Below, piece by piece: positions 1-12,199 of a DNA stretch of 64,000 nt. Where the stretch lies: NCBI GenBank assembly GCA_030704615.1, contig CM060733.1, positions 69,130,001-69,194,000 of the forward strand, given 5' to 3'. The notes under the pieces were generated by a model. The model had not been told where the DNA came from, did not search any database, and was given only the letters and a program-made list of their open reading frames with translations. This DNA is from Takakia lepidozioides (taxonomy: Eukaryota > Plantae > Bryophyta). Numbering within the stretch: position 1 is the first letter of the stretch; each line of letters starts with the position of its first letter. Both the position numbers and the translations under genes were made by a program.

Positions 1-11
1 GTTTGTCACTC

Positions 12-160
12 CGTCATTCATCCAGTGTTCCAGCATATATCATCCATCATTCGCCCCACACTCAGTCATCATGCATGTGACATCCAACAAACATCCATCC
101 AATATTTCTCATCCATCCACCATTCATCCATCGTTCATCCAACTTCACATCCATGTACGC
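12..160. repeat. CATCC(A)-rich low-complexity cluster, possibly subterminal repeats of the 1-10.6 kb element
   Basis: About ten CATCC/CATCCA copies in ~150 bp. Confidence 0.5.
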
Positions 161-519
161 ATTACATTTACACTCGTTCCCACGGAAATAGGTCCCCTGG
201 TTATCACCGTCCGTGGATGTGGGCCCCAACAACCTCTGGCGTGAGCATCTTTCCGCTCACGGATTGGCATCTTCTCGCTCGCGCATCTTCTTGCTCACGT
301 GAGCCACTCACGGACTAGCACCCCCTGATATTCGGACCCCGACATATCCTTATCAGATAACGAACCAAATTGGGACTCAACGAGCGCTATGGTGAATGAG
401 AATATTAATCATATCAGTCTGCAATAGTCAAGAATCTGTAGCACGGGAGATCTCCCGTGCTATGTGCATAAAATACAATCAACCAGAACTAAACTTTCAC
501 TGAGATGCAGGCAGACACT

Positions 520-760
520 TACATACCAGCAGCTGTCCACCCAGTGTACATACCAGCAGATTCACCAGAATACACCCCTTTAGAGGACTCGTACGTACCA
601 GCAGATTCACCAGAATACACCCCTTTAGAGGACTCGTACGTACCTTCAGATTCACCAGTATACACCCCTGCAGAGTACTCTTACATACCAGCAGTTGTCC
701 ACCCAGTGTACATACCAACAGATTCACCAGAATACACTCCAGGACTGTACACTCCACAAG
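520..760 (+). repeat. Coding minisatellite (45-bp and 27-bp units) encoding YIPADSPEYTPLEDS-type repeats
   Basis: Near-identical 45-bp units at 547-591, 592-636 and 637-681, in frame within ORF 505-942. Confidence 0.9.
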
Positions 761-1375
761 AGCACACCCTAGATGCACATGTGTATCCTCCCGGATCAAA
801 TTCCCAGGGTGCTAGGCGTCGAACTCAATGGAAACCGACGAAATCTCCAAGATATTCCCTGATTGGGTTTCGGACAGCGACTCTTGGAGTCCTGGATACT
901 CTCCAACGACACCTCGAAGGGATCCAAAGTAGGAGAAACTGAGAGAAGAGATCCGCAATGCATATCAGAACTGGCTAGATAGCCCAATGCATTGTGGTGT
1001 GACTATAGGGCAATTTCTTGATGTAGACTCTAGCAAACCGTAGATGGTAGGTGGGGTAAAGTGTAGGTGGGGTTGCATTTGGTAGGTGAGGTCTCCCGTC
1101 ACTATATTGTAGTACATCTCTGGTGTACTTGAAGCACCCTGGGTTTTTGATTTATAAACTACTAGTTGAAGTTCTGAAACCTCCATGTTGCTCTTTATGT
1201 GCTGTGTTTATGAGAACTTGAATTATCCTTATTGGTGGTATTGTTCATTGCTGTCATGGGAGATCTCCCGTCCCTGAATTGAGATATAGCTCCATACGGT
1301 TCGGAAAGACCTTTGTGTTGGTTGTTATTTGGTGTTTATATTAACGGGTTGTTCTTTTGTTGATTGTGCTGCCAG

Positions 1376-3900
1376 AACAAAGATTCCGAAGGAATTAGTC
1401 GCAGTGACGAGCGCCGAAATTGCCGGTTTCTTCATATATCCACACATTGAATGATTCACAATAAAGCATGATGGCTTTTATGAGCTAAAGAGGAGTATTG
1501 ACTACTAGGGTATCGACGTTGCTGACTCCCCGAACCCAGAGAAAGCCATCTTCCGTTACCAGATCGGTGCAGAAAAGAAAACACTTTTGTGTTGTGATGT
1601 GTTGGGAATTGAAACGGAGGACTCCGTGGGGGATAATAGGGTTATCTGTGCTATGTTCATCTGCGAGAACGCCAGGAAAGGGGAGAAGGTATTTGGGTTC
1701 TCTATGGATGCCATGAGTCTGAGTAATGATCTGATGGGATTCGCGATTCGGATGGGATTCTGGGTCCCTGTTGTCGAAGAGGACCTGAAGATGGAAATCC
1801 TCAAGAGCTGGGAATACCTTGACGGAATTCTCTACAATAATGCCAAGGAGAGACAACAATTGGAGGTACAACGACTCCAATCGGAGCAAATGCAGTTGGA
1901 GGACACGAAGAAGAAACCGAAAAAAACAAGAAAGCCGAAAGAAGGAAATGGAGATGATGACGAAGAAGAGGGGGGAAGAAAACGACAAAAGACCATCGAT
2001 ATAGTGAATAGCCAAGAAAAGAGGCACCTAAAGACTGACGAGATTTTCGACCTGGATGAGGTGAAGAAGGTCGAGACGACTCTCATCGAGCAATACCAGG
2101 ATATATTCCCGTTTGGATTTGAATACGTCCAGGAAGTGGACATCAACCACTGTTTTCTGGCCCCACAGCATATGGTTTATTGACCACTCTGTGAGAAGCA
2201 CAAGCTGGAGATTAAATCAAGGCTAGTTGCGTACATCCTAATTGACTAAAAAATGCCTGATTACTTGATTCCACGACACGAGACCGATCCCACGAAGGTG
2301 TGGAGCAGGAAGCCCGTCAATGAGCGCAAACTGCAGAAGGCGACATATTTTATTATCGAAGGCCAACATACATTGATGGCAGCCCAGGTCAGGGGAGGTC
2401 TCCCGTGCTAACTCACCTACGAGAAATTCTACTTACTATTTGACCATGTATTTGTCCATTGTCCATTTTCGATTGTCTCTCTTTTAATGCTAATCAACTG
2501 AACTGTGATGATTGCAGGAGCTCTTGGAGGATCCGGCACTGAGTAATGATGTGCTGATAAAATCGCTACGTACATGGCCTGCTAAGATAGTGTACTCGAC
2601 GGATGAGCTTCGACTGGTGACTATCTCCAAGGTTCTGAACAAGCCCAACAAGGAGAATCTTTACGAACCGTCTTTCTATGAGAAGGTCTGTCACTGCAGA
2701 AGATATTACAATTAGAAGGAGCGGCCCCAGAAGTATGATGAGCATCGTCGGGTCGAGACTCAGCAGTGGAAGGTGAGTGTGACCACTGGAGGTCTCCCGT
2801 CCTTTCTTTCCATTCATCTATCACTGCAGCGATGCAATGGATGTCTACATTATAGTCGATCGAAATCCAATTTCATCGCCCACACACCAGCAACCACATT
2901 CGTTGTCCCAGCAACTTCTCTTCCGTTGAGGTCATCTGGGATGTGTTCTGCTTTGTTTTGCGGTGCTTCTCTCTTTCTCCAATCTGGTGACATTCTCGAT
3001 CTGGAAGAGATCCACGCACCATCAAGATTTGAAGTTGGGGATGATGCTTCATGATGTGATTGTCTCTTGGTTACTTAAGGGTTTCTGTACACAGGTTTGA
3101 CTCTGTTCTAGGTCGAGAATGTCTCCAGAAAGAGGAAATGGAGAAGCATCGCAATACAAAGTAGGAGACACTCTAGAAAGAGTGACCAATTGTCAACACC
3201 TCTTGGTTGCTTTCAATCATCAGTTGAAGGTGTTGGTAGGAAGTTAGCTGGAAGAGTTTGAAGTGCTGGAGTTATTTGGAAGTCAGGAAGTGTTGGCTGA
3301 ATGTAGAAGTTAGGAAGGGAGACCTCCCCTGGTAAATAACTACACTTGCTGGTATGTGCAGGATTTCATGGTCGGAGCTCAAACCATTCTGGATGTGAAA
3401 AGCGACAAAGAGGCAATGCCACTTGTGTTCACCTCCGATCGGACCTAGAATTACTGGACAAGAGTGTTCATGAAATGGGAGAAGGGCGAGTTCATTGACC
3501 CCAAAGGGAATATCCCCATGAAAGAGCAGCCAACGCTCAAAAAATCTAGCGTTGCTCGACTGCAGGGTTTGGACGACAGCCAGATTTGGAAGGTTGCCCA
3601 CATGTTACTCAAAAACAAAGTGTCGATGCGTCATCCATACACTGGGCCTGACCCCAATGTTCTAAGTCTAGAGGATTATTGCAAGTACAAGAAGTTGAGG
3701 AGGCACATTATTTGATGATATCATGGTCGGTTTTGGATTTAAGGAGCCAACGAAGGACAACCGACATCCATACACAAAGTTGGAGTGGACTGCCATCAAA
3801 CATAAGTACGAAATCAACAAGGCCCAGTTTGTGCAATTTAAGAATGCTCTCGGGAACCCCTACCTTGCCTGAACAGACTTACCTTGTAAACCACAAGACT
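1376..3900 (+). pseudogene. Spliced pseudogene encoding a protein with a ParB/Srx-like N-terminal domain motif set
   Basis: One frame runs 1377-2387 with only 4 stops (TGA, TAG, TGA, TAA; each one C>T from CGA/CAG/CAA) and reads ...MVY[R]PLCEKH...TYFIIEGQHTLMAAQ. A GT-AG intron (2388-2517) is followed by ELLEDP...WPAKIVY...LVTISKVLN...EPSFYEK to a donor at 2773. Further coding-like sequence at ~3400-3850 (VFMKWEKGEFID...LQGLDDSQ). Confidence 0.55.
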
Positions 3901-5920
3901 TTATGCAACACTGGCAATGTTGGATAAGATCTTGTAGTTAACTTGGTAAGTATGGCCAGACAGAAAACTTGAAGTATTTCCCAGATTGTGAGAGCTCTCA
4001 TATTGCTTCAGATGATGAGTTGAAAGTGTGCGTAGGAAGTCACCATATTTTCCAAGCGATTTTTCGACCTCCTTCTATGGGACACCTCCCTTCCTTCTTT
4101 GTCCAGGTTCATCTGTGTCTTTCACTGTATCCAGTTCGTAGAATTTGGATCATTGAAACCTTCTCCCTTCCGGTCCATTGACCATTCAAGTATTTCAAGA
4201 TGAACCTCGAGTAGGACTTGGCTGGCACGACACGCTACTGATACCCAAGTGATCCATGACATTCATGACGGGACATTTGGAGTGCAGCCAAATACTTACA
4301 GAGGCCGACACAAAGTCGTTGTATTACAGATTGGTGATGTAATCTAAAATCTTGCGTGGCTTTCATGTAAGTATGGCCATGCACAAGCCTGAATTGTCAC
4401 TGCTAAGAATGTTGATGGGTTGAAAGTGTTTTTGGCAGAAGTCCAGTGAACGACCTTTTGACCATTCATTTGAACAATCATTTGAGATGAACCTCATGCT
4501 AGACTACTGTTTCAAAAACACTATTGATACCCACATGATCATCTACATTCATTGCAGGACTTCTCTGGTTGCCTCCGTATTCTTACAAAGTGATACATAA
4601 GACTTTAGTTAACACACTTGCGATGTTATCTAACATCTTGGGTATCACTTTGTAACTATGGCCATGCACATGCAGGAATGTCTCTGCTTTGAATGCTATA
4701 TCCTTGCTTCAAATGATGATGGGTTGAAAGTGTTTGCTGGCAGACGTGGATTGACGGGAGATCTCCCGGCTTTACTATGTCGGGAAACCTCCCGTTGTTG
4801 CTTTCTCGGAAGATATCCCGCCTCTCTGGTACGGAAGGTCTCCCATGCTCTTAATGACCATTCTTTTCTGCCTGTTTAAGATGACCAGTCTGACACAAAA
4901 CAATATTAATAACCCAAGTGATTAACCACAATGATTAAGGGGATTTCAAGAGTGCATGATCAAACTTACCATGTAAACCACGAGACTTTGTGTATCATTG
5001 GCAATGTTATATAAGATCTTGTGGTTTACTTGATAAGTATGGCAAGCCAGAAACTTGGAGTAATTCCCAGATTGATTCATTGATGATGGGTCAAATGTGA
5101 GTGCTGGCAAAATTTCATTGACGGGAGATATTCCGTTCTTCCATTGACGGGAGACCTCCCGTCCTCCTTTCACTATACTTATTTGAGTCTTGTCTGGCGA
5201 GGAACTACCCAGATGATTAGCCAGATTCATTCTGAGTGCATGTGCATTCCTACAATGTGATACACAAGACTTTATTTAACACAATGGCGATGTTATCTAA
5301 GATCTTGTGGATCAATTTGTGGGCATGGACATTCTAAGTCTCAGAAAATGAGTCCTCTGTTATTGCTTAAAATGATGGGTTTAATGTGTGAGATGGAAGT
5401 ATGTATGTACGTACATACGTGAGATGGAATAGTTTATAAGGATGTTGTTCCGACTTATATTGATTTTTTGTTTACGTCCTATGACGGGACACCTCCCTTC
5501 ATACATTGCCAATTCCTACTGATACCCATTTGATTAGTAACATTCATTATGGGACATTTTGGGGTGCAGCCAAATAGTTACAGAGGGTCACACAAGTCTT
5601 TATGTTACACTCTGGTGATGTAATCTAAAATCTTATGTGGGCTTCATGTAATTCTTGGCATGCACAAGCCTGAATAGTTCTTGCTTATGATGATGGGCGG
5701 AAAGTGTGAGTAGACCATTGAATATCCTATTTGATTAGTAACAACCCAAGTGATTAGTAACATTCATTATGGGAAATGTCTAGGTGCATCCAAATAGTTA
5801 CAGAGGGTCACACAAGTCTTTCTATTACACACTGGTGATATAATTCTGGCCCTGCACAAGCCTGAAATGTGTTTGCTCGGTTAATGCATGAAATTATGAT
5901 GGGTTGAGAGTGTGAGATGG
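3870..5920 (+). repeat. Degenerate tandem array, ~7 units of ~220-400 bp
   Basis: The core ACACAAGACTTT...ACTGG..ATGTTATCTAAGATCTTGTGG...GTAAGTATGGCCA...ATGATGGGTTGAAAGTGTG recurs near 3890, 4305, 4595, 4980, 5262, 5590 and 5810. Confidence 0.85.
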
Positions 5921-6081
5921 CGGAAGTTCCGATTTATTCTAATTAAATTACATCGTTCGACGGGTGATCTCCCGTCGTCCTTCGATGGGAGGCCTCTCGT
6001 CCTCCTTTGACCATTAACATCTTTCTGTTGGGACTGCCCAGTTACTGAAAGTTACTAACCGGTTAATTTTTTATCCATTAG

Positions 6082-7672
6082 GAATCGAACTGTAGGGTGT
6101 TGGAAGTAACACACCTTGGTCGTACGGTCTCAGCAAGAGCCTCTGCTGAGAAATCCTTCAACCTTATCAAACTGCTGCGTTTAAAGGTTTCCGCCGAAAA
6201 GGCGCAATCCTCCTCTGAGTCTGAGGGCAGGGGCGAGGGATCTGCTGGGGGTGAAGGTATTGTGGAGTCTTCACCAGTTACACACGCTCGTTCTGAAAGA
6301 AGTCAAGGTCGCCAGGAGAGGTCACAAATGTCCCGCGACACCAACTCTCGAAAGGATTTACTAACGCAACCAGATACAGCCGGAAATAGACTTGTGCACT
6401 TGGAGGAAGATGAAGATGACAGTGAGACTGAATCCAACGGCGTGCAACAGAGCCCAATGTTTCAGAACCCATTTATCCAACATTCGACTGGAGTGCATGT
6501 ACGCGACGTGGAGTCAGAAAATATTTCGCCAGACGGGCAAGCCAGAGGCCGGCGGATGACGGGCGGTACGCTTCAGTTCTCCCCGGAACCAATATCCTCT
6601 AGGCCCCCGAATATCTCAATTTGTCAGCTGTATAATCCTCAGATCGATGCAGGAGTGCAAGTCAACGCAGGCATGCACAGGGAGATTATCAATATTGATG
6701 AGGACGAAGGTCAACAGGGTTGAGTCAGCATCTCATTCTGGAGGGCCATTGAATGCCTCCATTGACTTTACTTCCCAAGTCCAATATACAGGTGGGGATA
6801 GGCTTCTCGCGATGTCGGACTTTTGTGAGATGACACCCAGTCAAGTCGACTACATTCTTTCCGCAGACCTTATCACGGGAGGTCTCCCGTTCTCCAGGGC
6901 TCGGCGGCCGGCACTGCAACCATGCTTGTCGTCCTCTCCTGGTGGAACACCGGTCCCCACAGTCACTCAAACTTTTTTACGTCCATAAGACCTCCCAGTA
7001 ACCGAGGACATCACATCTGTAGGAACCACACTAGTCGCCGAACAAGTCGATGCAACTATGAGGCAATCACAGCTGTCTACGTGGAGAACCTCACCCAGTC
7101 CCAGACCCAGACAAGGACAATGGAAACAGAGCTTCCCACTCCACAGCTACTTCATGGTGTTAGCAATACAAAGCTCATTGACACTCCTGCCAATCCGTTG
7201 CCGGCACATTTCCCCATAACCGAGGACATCCCATTTGCTGGAAACACACAAGATCTCGTTTGGAACCCTGACACTTTAAGGCAGTCACAGCTGTCCTCCA
7301 TCGACCACATCCCACAGACACAGACATTGGAAACGGAGCTCCCTACTGGTGTTAGCATTCCCGTCATGGATGGTGTTGTTGATGGGTTGAGGGCAATTGT
7401 TGACGGCTATTGTACCCCTTCGACCATTGGATTGTCTCCGGAGGATGTTGTATCAGATGCTGTGGAGGTTTCTATTGTTAATTCCTCTCCATTAAGGGTG
7501 GGCACGGGAGGTCTCCTGTCCTTTTCTTTTGGGAATACATCAGCATCAGTGCAGTTGAACGTTAATGAGGATCGGGTTGAAGACTCTGGAGAGAGTGATG
7601 TCACCGCTGCTGCAGAGGCACTAGCAATATATCCTCCGGAGGCTTTTGAGAGAACCCCAGTCAGAGAGAAAG
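6082..7672 (+). pseudogene. Low-complexity S/E/T/P-rich coding-like segment, probably further exon(s) of the upstream locus
   Basis: ORFs 6097-6723, 6647-6988 and 6922-7848; acceptor-like TTAG at ~6081 and donor-like AAG|GTTTG at ~7672; internal repeat QTQT..ETELPT x2. Confidence 0.35.
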
Positions 7673-8442
7673 GTTTGTACCTATTGATCACCTTGCTCTC
7701 CTTACAATTGAATTTAGGCTGCTTTTGTTCCCTATCTTCGATCCTCATGTATTTGTTTCAAATCAATTGTAGGAGTGCGTGCCGCGGCGTCGAAGAATCT
7801 TGCGGAGGTGTGCTCTCTCATTACACTTTCTCACTTTACACTGATTGACATCGTCTTGCTGCCTCTAACGAGACGTCGTTCTGTTTCAGCGACGAAGAAG
7901 AGACGTAGGAAGCAGAGCCCGAGGAAGTATCCGGAGAGAATCGTTCGACAGACAAAGCAATGAGGCTGCAATGGAGAATTCCACCGAGGTGTGCGCTACC
8001 ATTCCACTTAGTCATTCCAGTTTGTGTTTGCACCTGGAAGTCAATTGTATATCATTCCTGATTTCATTCAGTTGAGATCTAACTAATCGTCCTTGTCTCT
8101 CAGCGGAGAGAAGGTGGAAGACGAAACCAAGCCCAAAGATCATTTGGGGATGTGTCCGCCGCCGAATTTGACAAAGAGGTATTTGGACAGGAGACATCCC
8201 GTCCCTTCCTTCCTACTTATAGCATTTTGACTTATTTTCCGAAGCACAGACTCGGTTTTGTTTAATGTGCCAGAAATTCTAGATTCATCTCCTACTTTAT
8301 TACACATCAGTAATATAGCTCCCGATGGTCACATCCAAAGCTGACCGTCGAATCTTGACAGATGGTCATGACCATTTTCGAGCGAGCGCGGCATCAAATC
8401 TCTTGCGCCGGAAGACACGAGTGACGGCCTCCTGTGGAGGTC

Positions 8443-9080
8443 AAAGAACGTTAATCATTCTGAGTGTTGTTGGTTTATTGTGCTATAAACCCAAGCCTGA
8501 TGGATCATAGAGGTTCCTTGAACATTTCCCTCGCGCCAAAATTCCCTACGATTGGGACAATGTCGTTCCTCGTCCGGGTCTTCTGGAATTTCTTGAACTT
8601 GCGTTCAACCATTACCATGTGGGTATATGGTCGTGTGGAGTTCAGCATATGGTTGAGGTTCTTCTTGCATATCTTCTCCCGAAGGATACGGTCAGGAAAT
8701 TTTGCTTTATCTGGTGTCGGGATACTTGCACCAAGCTTCCTGCCTACATGCCTCAACACAACCGTTCTACATTAAAGACATTGTTGGTCTTTGGGAACAC
8801 TTCGGAAGAAGTTGTAAGCCCTACGGCCTAAAAGGCCAAACGCATTTGATTGATGATGAGCCCACCAAAGCCCTGAGGAACCCTTTGAACACTGGTTTTT
8901 ACCCGAGATCCTTTGATGGCACTCTAACGCTGATTGTCAAGGAGGGACGAGATTCTTTTGTTGAGGATCTTGTTGAGGCTTTATAAATGGCCATTCCTTT
9001 CTGGCATGATGTCATCTCCGACAGTTCAAGAGTACATGGAGGAGAATTACTGGAAGTGTGCAAATGTTCAGATGCCTGTC
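8443..9080 (+). pseudogene. FCP1/NIF-family (CTD small phosphatase-like) HAD domain, degenerate
   Basis: TLIILSVVGLL...VPRPGLLEFLELAFNHYHVGIWS...FIWCRDTC...YIKDIVGLW...THLIDDEPTKALRNPLNTGFYPRSFDG. One stop (8508) and frameshifts; the catalytic DxDxT motif is absent. Confidence 0.75.
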
Positions 9081-12000
9081 GATAGCTCTCACCCTGATTG
9101 GATTTGGCTAGTGAGATATGCAAATCCCCTAGGGATTACTGACCCTTGTGTGTTTTTAGGTATGTTCCCACCTCTTTGCTTTCAACTTCTTCTTTTCATG
9201 TCAACCGATGTGTCTTGGAGTAGTAGGTTAAGAGGATAGAATGGGTCAGTAAGCACGGGAAGTCTCCCGTCCCTGCTGCGCACCATGAATCTGGAAAGTA
9301 TACTGATTTGTCTCATGGATTGGTTTATTTGTTCCAGTCAAGGCCAAGCGTCGTATGAAGTCAACATCCGACAAGAAGAAGGATGGACATACCACACCAA
9401 CATGCCAGGAGGGTGGAGGTATATGAGTATTTCTGAGGAGGAGATCTGCTGGCGAGCACAACGCCCTCAAACAGATGCAGGGCAACGGAATGTCCATCTG
9501 GGGAGATGTGGGATGAGAGTAGAATCCGCTACCCATTCTTACTAGTCGGTGACAGTCTTCCACCAGTTGGGATATTGTAAATAATGTACATTGACAATGA
9601 CGCTATTCTCTAAGCGAAAATTATGAATCCAAATGGTTCATTATTTTTTAGTCATTTCATGTCCAGAGCGATGGATACCATGGCTGTGCTCTGTGTTCTC
9701 TGTGTACTCTTTGTTCGGTTTTGGAATTCATTACTCATGTCGATATGAGAGGTATCACCACGGGAGATCTCCCCTACCTGACTATGTGCATGTTTTGGTT
9801 TCGTCATCACACCCGTCAGACTCTTTTAGACTAGAGAGCGTGAGTAAGGACGGGAGACCTCCCGTCCTCTTGCCTTTCTATTTGTGCTTGTTCCTGTCAG
9901 ACCCCTCATTCTTTATGGCTTTGGTGGGTTGTTGTATCTTGTGCATGTTTACCCCTCAATTTAATTTGACTATGCCTGATGTGTATCGCTAATTGGGAGG
10001 GGAGATCTCCCATCTATGTTTTGTGCGTGGAGCTATGACTTAAATGAATGAAGAATAATCGGTTCACGGCCTTGTCTGTGACCTTGGAATCCGCTAGGTG
10101 GTTCTTATTTTATGGATGACGCTCTTGAGGAACCGGACTGAGACTCGAGGACGATAATAGACAGAGATAAACAGTCCTGTCGAAGGGCTGATGCATTGGA
10201 GCCGAACTGTTCGAATGAATTGGCTTTATAGAGACTATGTTCAGTATGGTTTGTGTCGAAGACTATGGTTTTGGGTCCTATGGGATGGTGATGGTTGATT
10301 AGTGCCCATAGCCAGGGACCTCAATGGCTGTACAAATTTGGTTTGGTGATGCTCTAATAAATTACTCTGGACATTTTGGGACGTATCTCGACGGGATGTC
10401 TTTCTATCTTACTATGTTCTAATCATAGATCGGGAGATCTCCCTTGCCTCAGTAGAGATGTCGAACTTGGGACAGCAGTCATAATTCTCCTGTACTTTTG
10501 GAGTGACAATGTTTGGCATTTTTTTGTAGGCTAATATTAAAAAAATGGAGCAACTGTGATTGACATGAGGTCTCCCGTGCTGCCCGTGAAACTATAGAAA
10601 ACTAGGATTTCAACTCATATTAGGGATGTGATCAGGGTATGGATTCTCTAGGAACAACAATATTTACTAAACATCTACTACAATAAACTTAATAAAATCA
10701 TTTAATTTTGTTTCATATTGAATTTTTATTCAATTTAAATAAATAAATAAAAGTCATAGATCAAGGGAAATGCGGTCCTACCTACCCTTCAAGCTTTAGG
10801 CAGTGGGAGGTGAAATTCAAAAATTAACTAACTTTACATTCATTTACGTTGGTACAGAAAACCTAGAGACATGCTGTTACCCATTGACCTAATAGTGAAA
10901 GAGTAAGCAATTTGGTATGAGGTAGCCTATATATATGCGCACACAAATGCATGCATATGGAGGAATGTATGCGTGCATACAAATTTTAGATATGCATAGG
11001 AACAATTTTATATGCACAACACTTAAATAAGGCCCAAGGGTACCTAAAAAACAAAAAAAATTGTGATTCATCAAATCTTAGGGTCCATAGTCAAAATATC
11101 AAAGGATGGAATAAAAATATTCTATATAGAATATTCCATATTCATTGTATTATTATTCCACATGGGTGAGTGTAGGAATGGGAGAGGAACGTGTTGCTTT
11201 TATGGCTTTCTAACATGAGAAAAAAGGTCGAAAAATTAAAAAGTGACAAGGCACGGCTCCTTGTTAGATACAAATGGTGAAGGTACGGGCTCTTCCAATG
11301 GTGGGAGTCTAGTTTGAAGTTCAGAATGGAGCAATGCTCAAGGAATGTTAGGGAGCTTGACAATGTGATGGAGATGGTCCGCCTGCGCATTTGGGTAGTA
11401 AATGGCGATGGCCCGCAAGGGAATTCAATTTTACAAAAAAGACTATTGATTGGTAATCAAACCCGTAATCTCATAACTTAAAAAACATAATCCTTACCAA
11501 ACCACCACCCATTTAATCTTGTTACATAGGTTTTGCAGTATCTATATATCTATCTTCTGAAACATTTTTATTTTACAAAAACATAATGTCCATCAAAGAT
11601 GGAACCACAACCTATCGGGTATCAAGCCTAGTTCATACACACTATACTACCTATTCAGACTTGAAACACTAATGAGATAAAGATAGTCACCCTGTGTGTA
11701 CATAACATGCCACAATACTCATAAGGGTTGATCTTACTAATGATGAAATTTGATAGTGCTGAAGTGCACGTCGAACTTGCATTCCGGTAAAGGGATCTAT
11801 GAAATGCAGTAGAGATCTATGTACAAACTATTACATAGATAAATCAAATGACAGGAAGATAACATGAAATCTGATTTCAACACCATGTCATTTGCCCCAT
11901 TTGTTTTACCTTACACTAGAGAGAAAGACATGTATCATAAAGAATAACCAAAAATTCGGACCGACAATGAGGACGATATATTGTATATGTAATTTCTAAT

Positions 12001-12199
12001 TACCTACATAACATCATCAACTGATACTTCATCATCCGTGTCATAAGCCTGTGATTCAGAGGCATACACATCCATGAAAGCCTCAACTCTACGCAACCTA
12101 TCCACGGATTGTCCAACAGTAACTGCTCTTCGGTCAAACAACAGATCATTGGAAAGACCTACATCACGTTGTTGATGTATTGAATGCAAAGCTTGGGAC

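Larger units (their letters stand above)
439..10578. repeat. Dispersed family of ~25 copies of the 16-bp palindrome ACGGGAGRTCTCCCGT
   Basis: Copies start at 443 (perfect; extends to 24 bp, 439-462), 1084, 1256, 2391, 2785, 3315, 4077, 4754, 4780, 4806, 4831, 5121, 5147, 5484, 5960, 5985, 6875, 7504, 8187, 9255, 9760, 9850, 9998, 10430 and 10563. Confidence 0.95.

Noticed and set aside
4754-4846. CRISPR-like array of palindromic repeats
   Set aside because: Repeats of 16 bp and spacers of ~10 bp are too short, there are no cas genes, and the context is eukaryotic.
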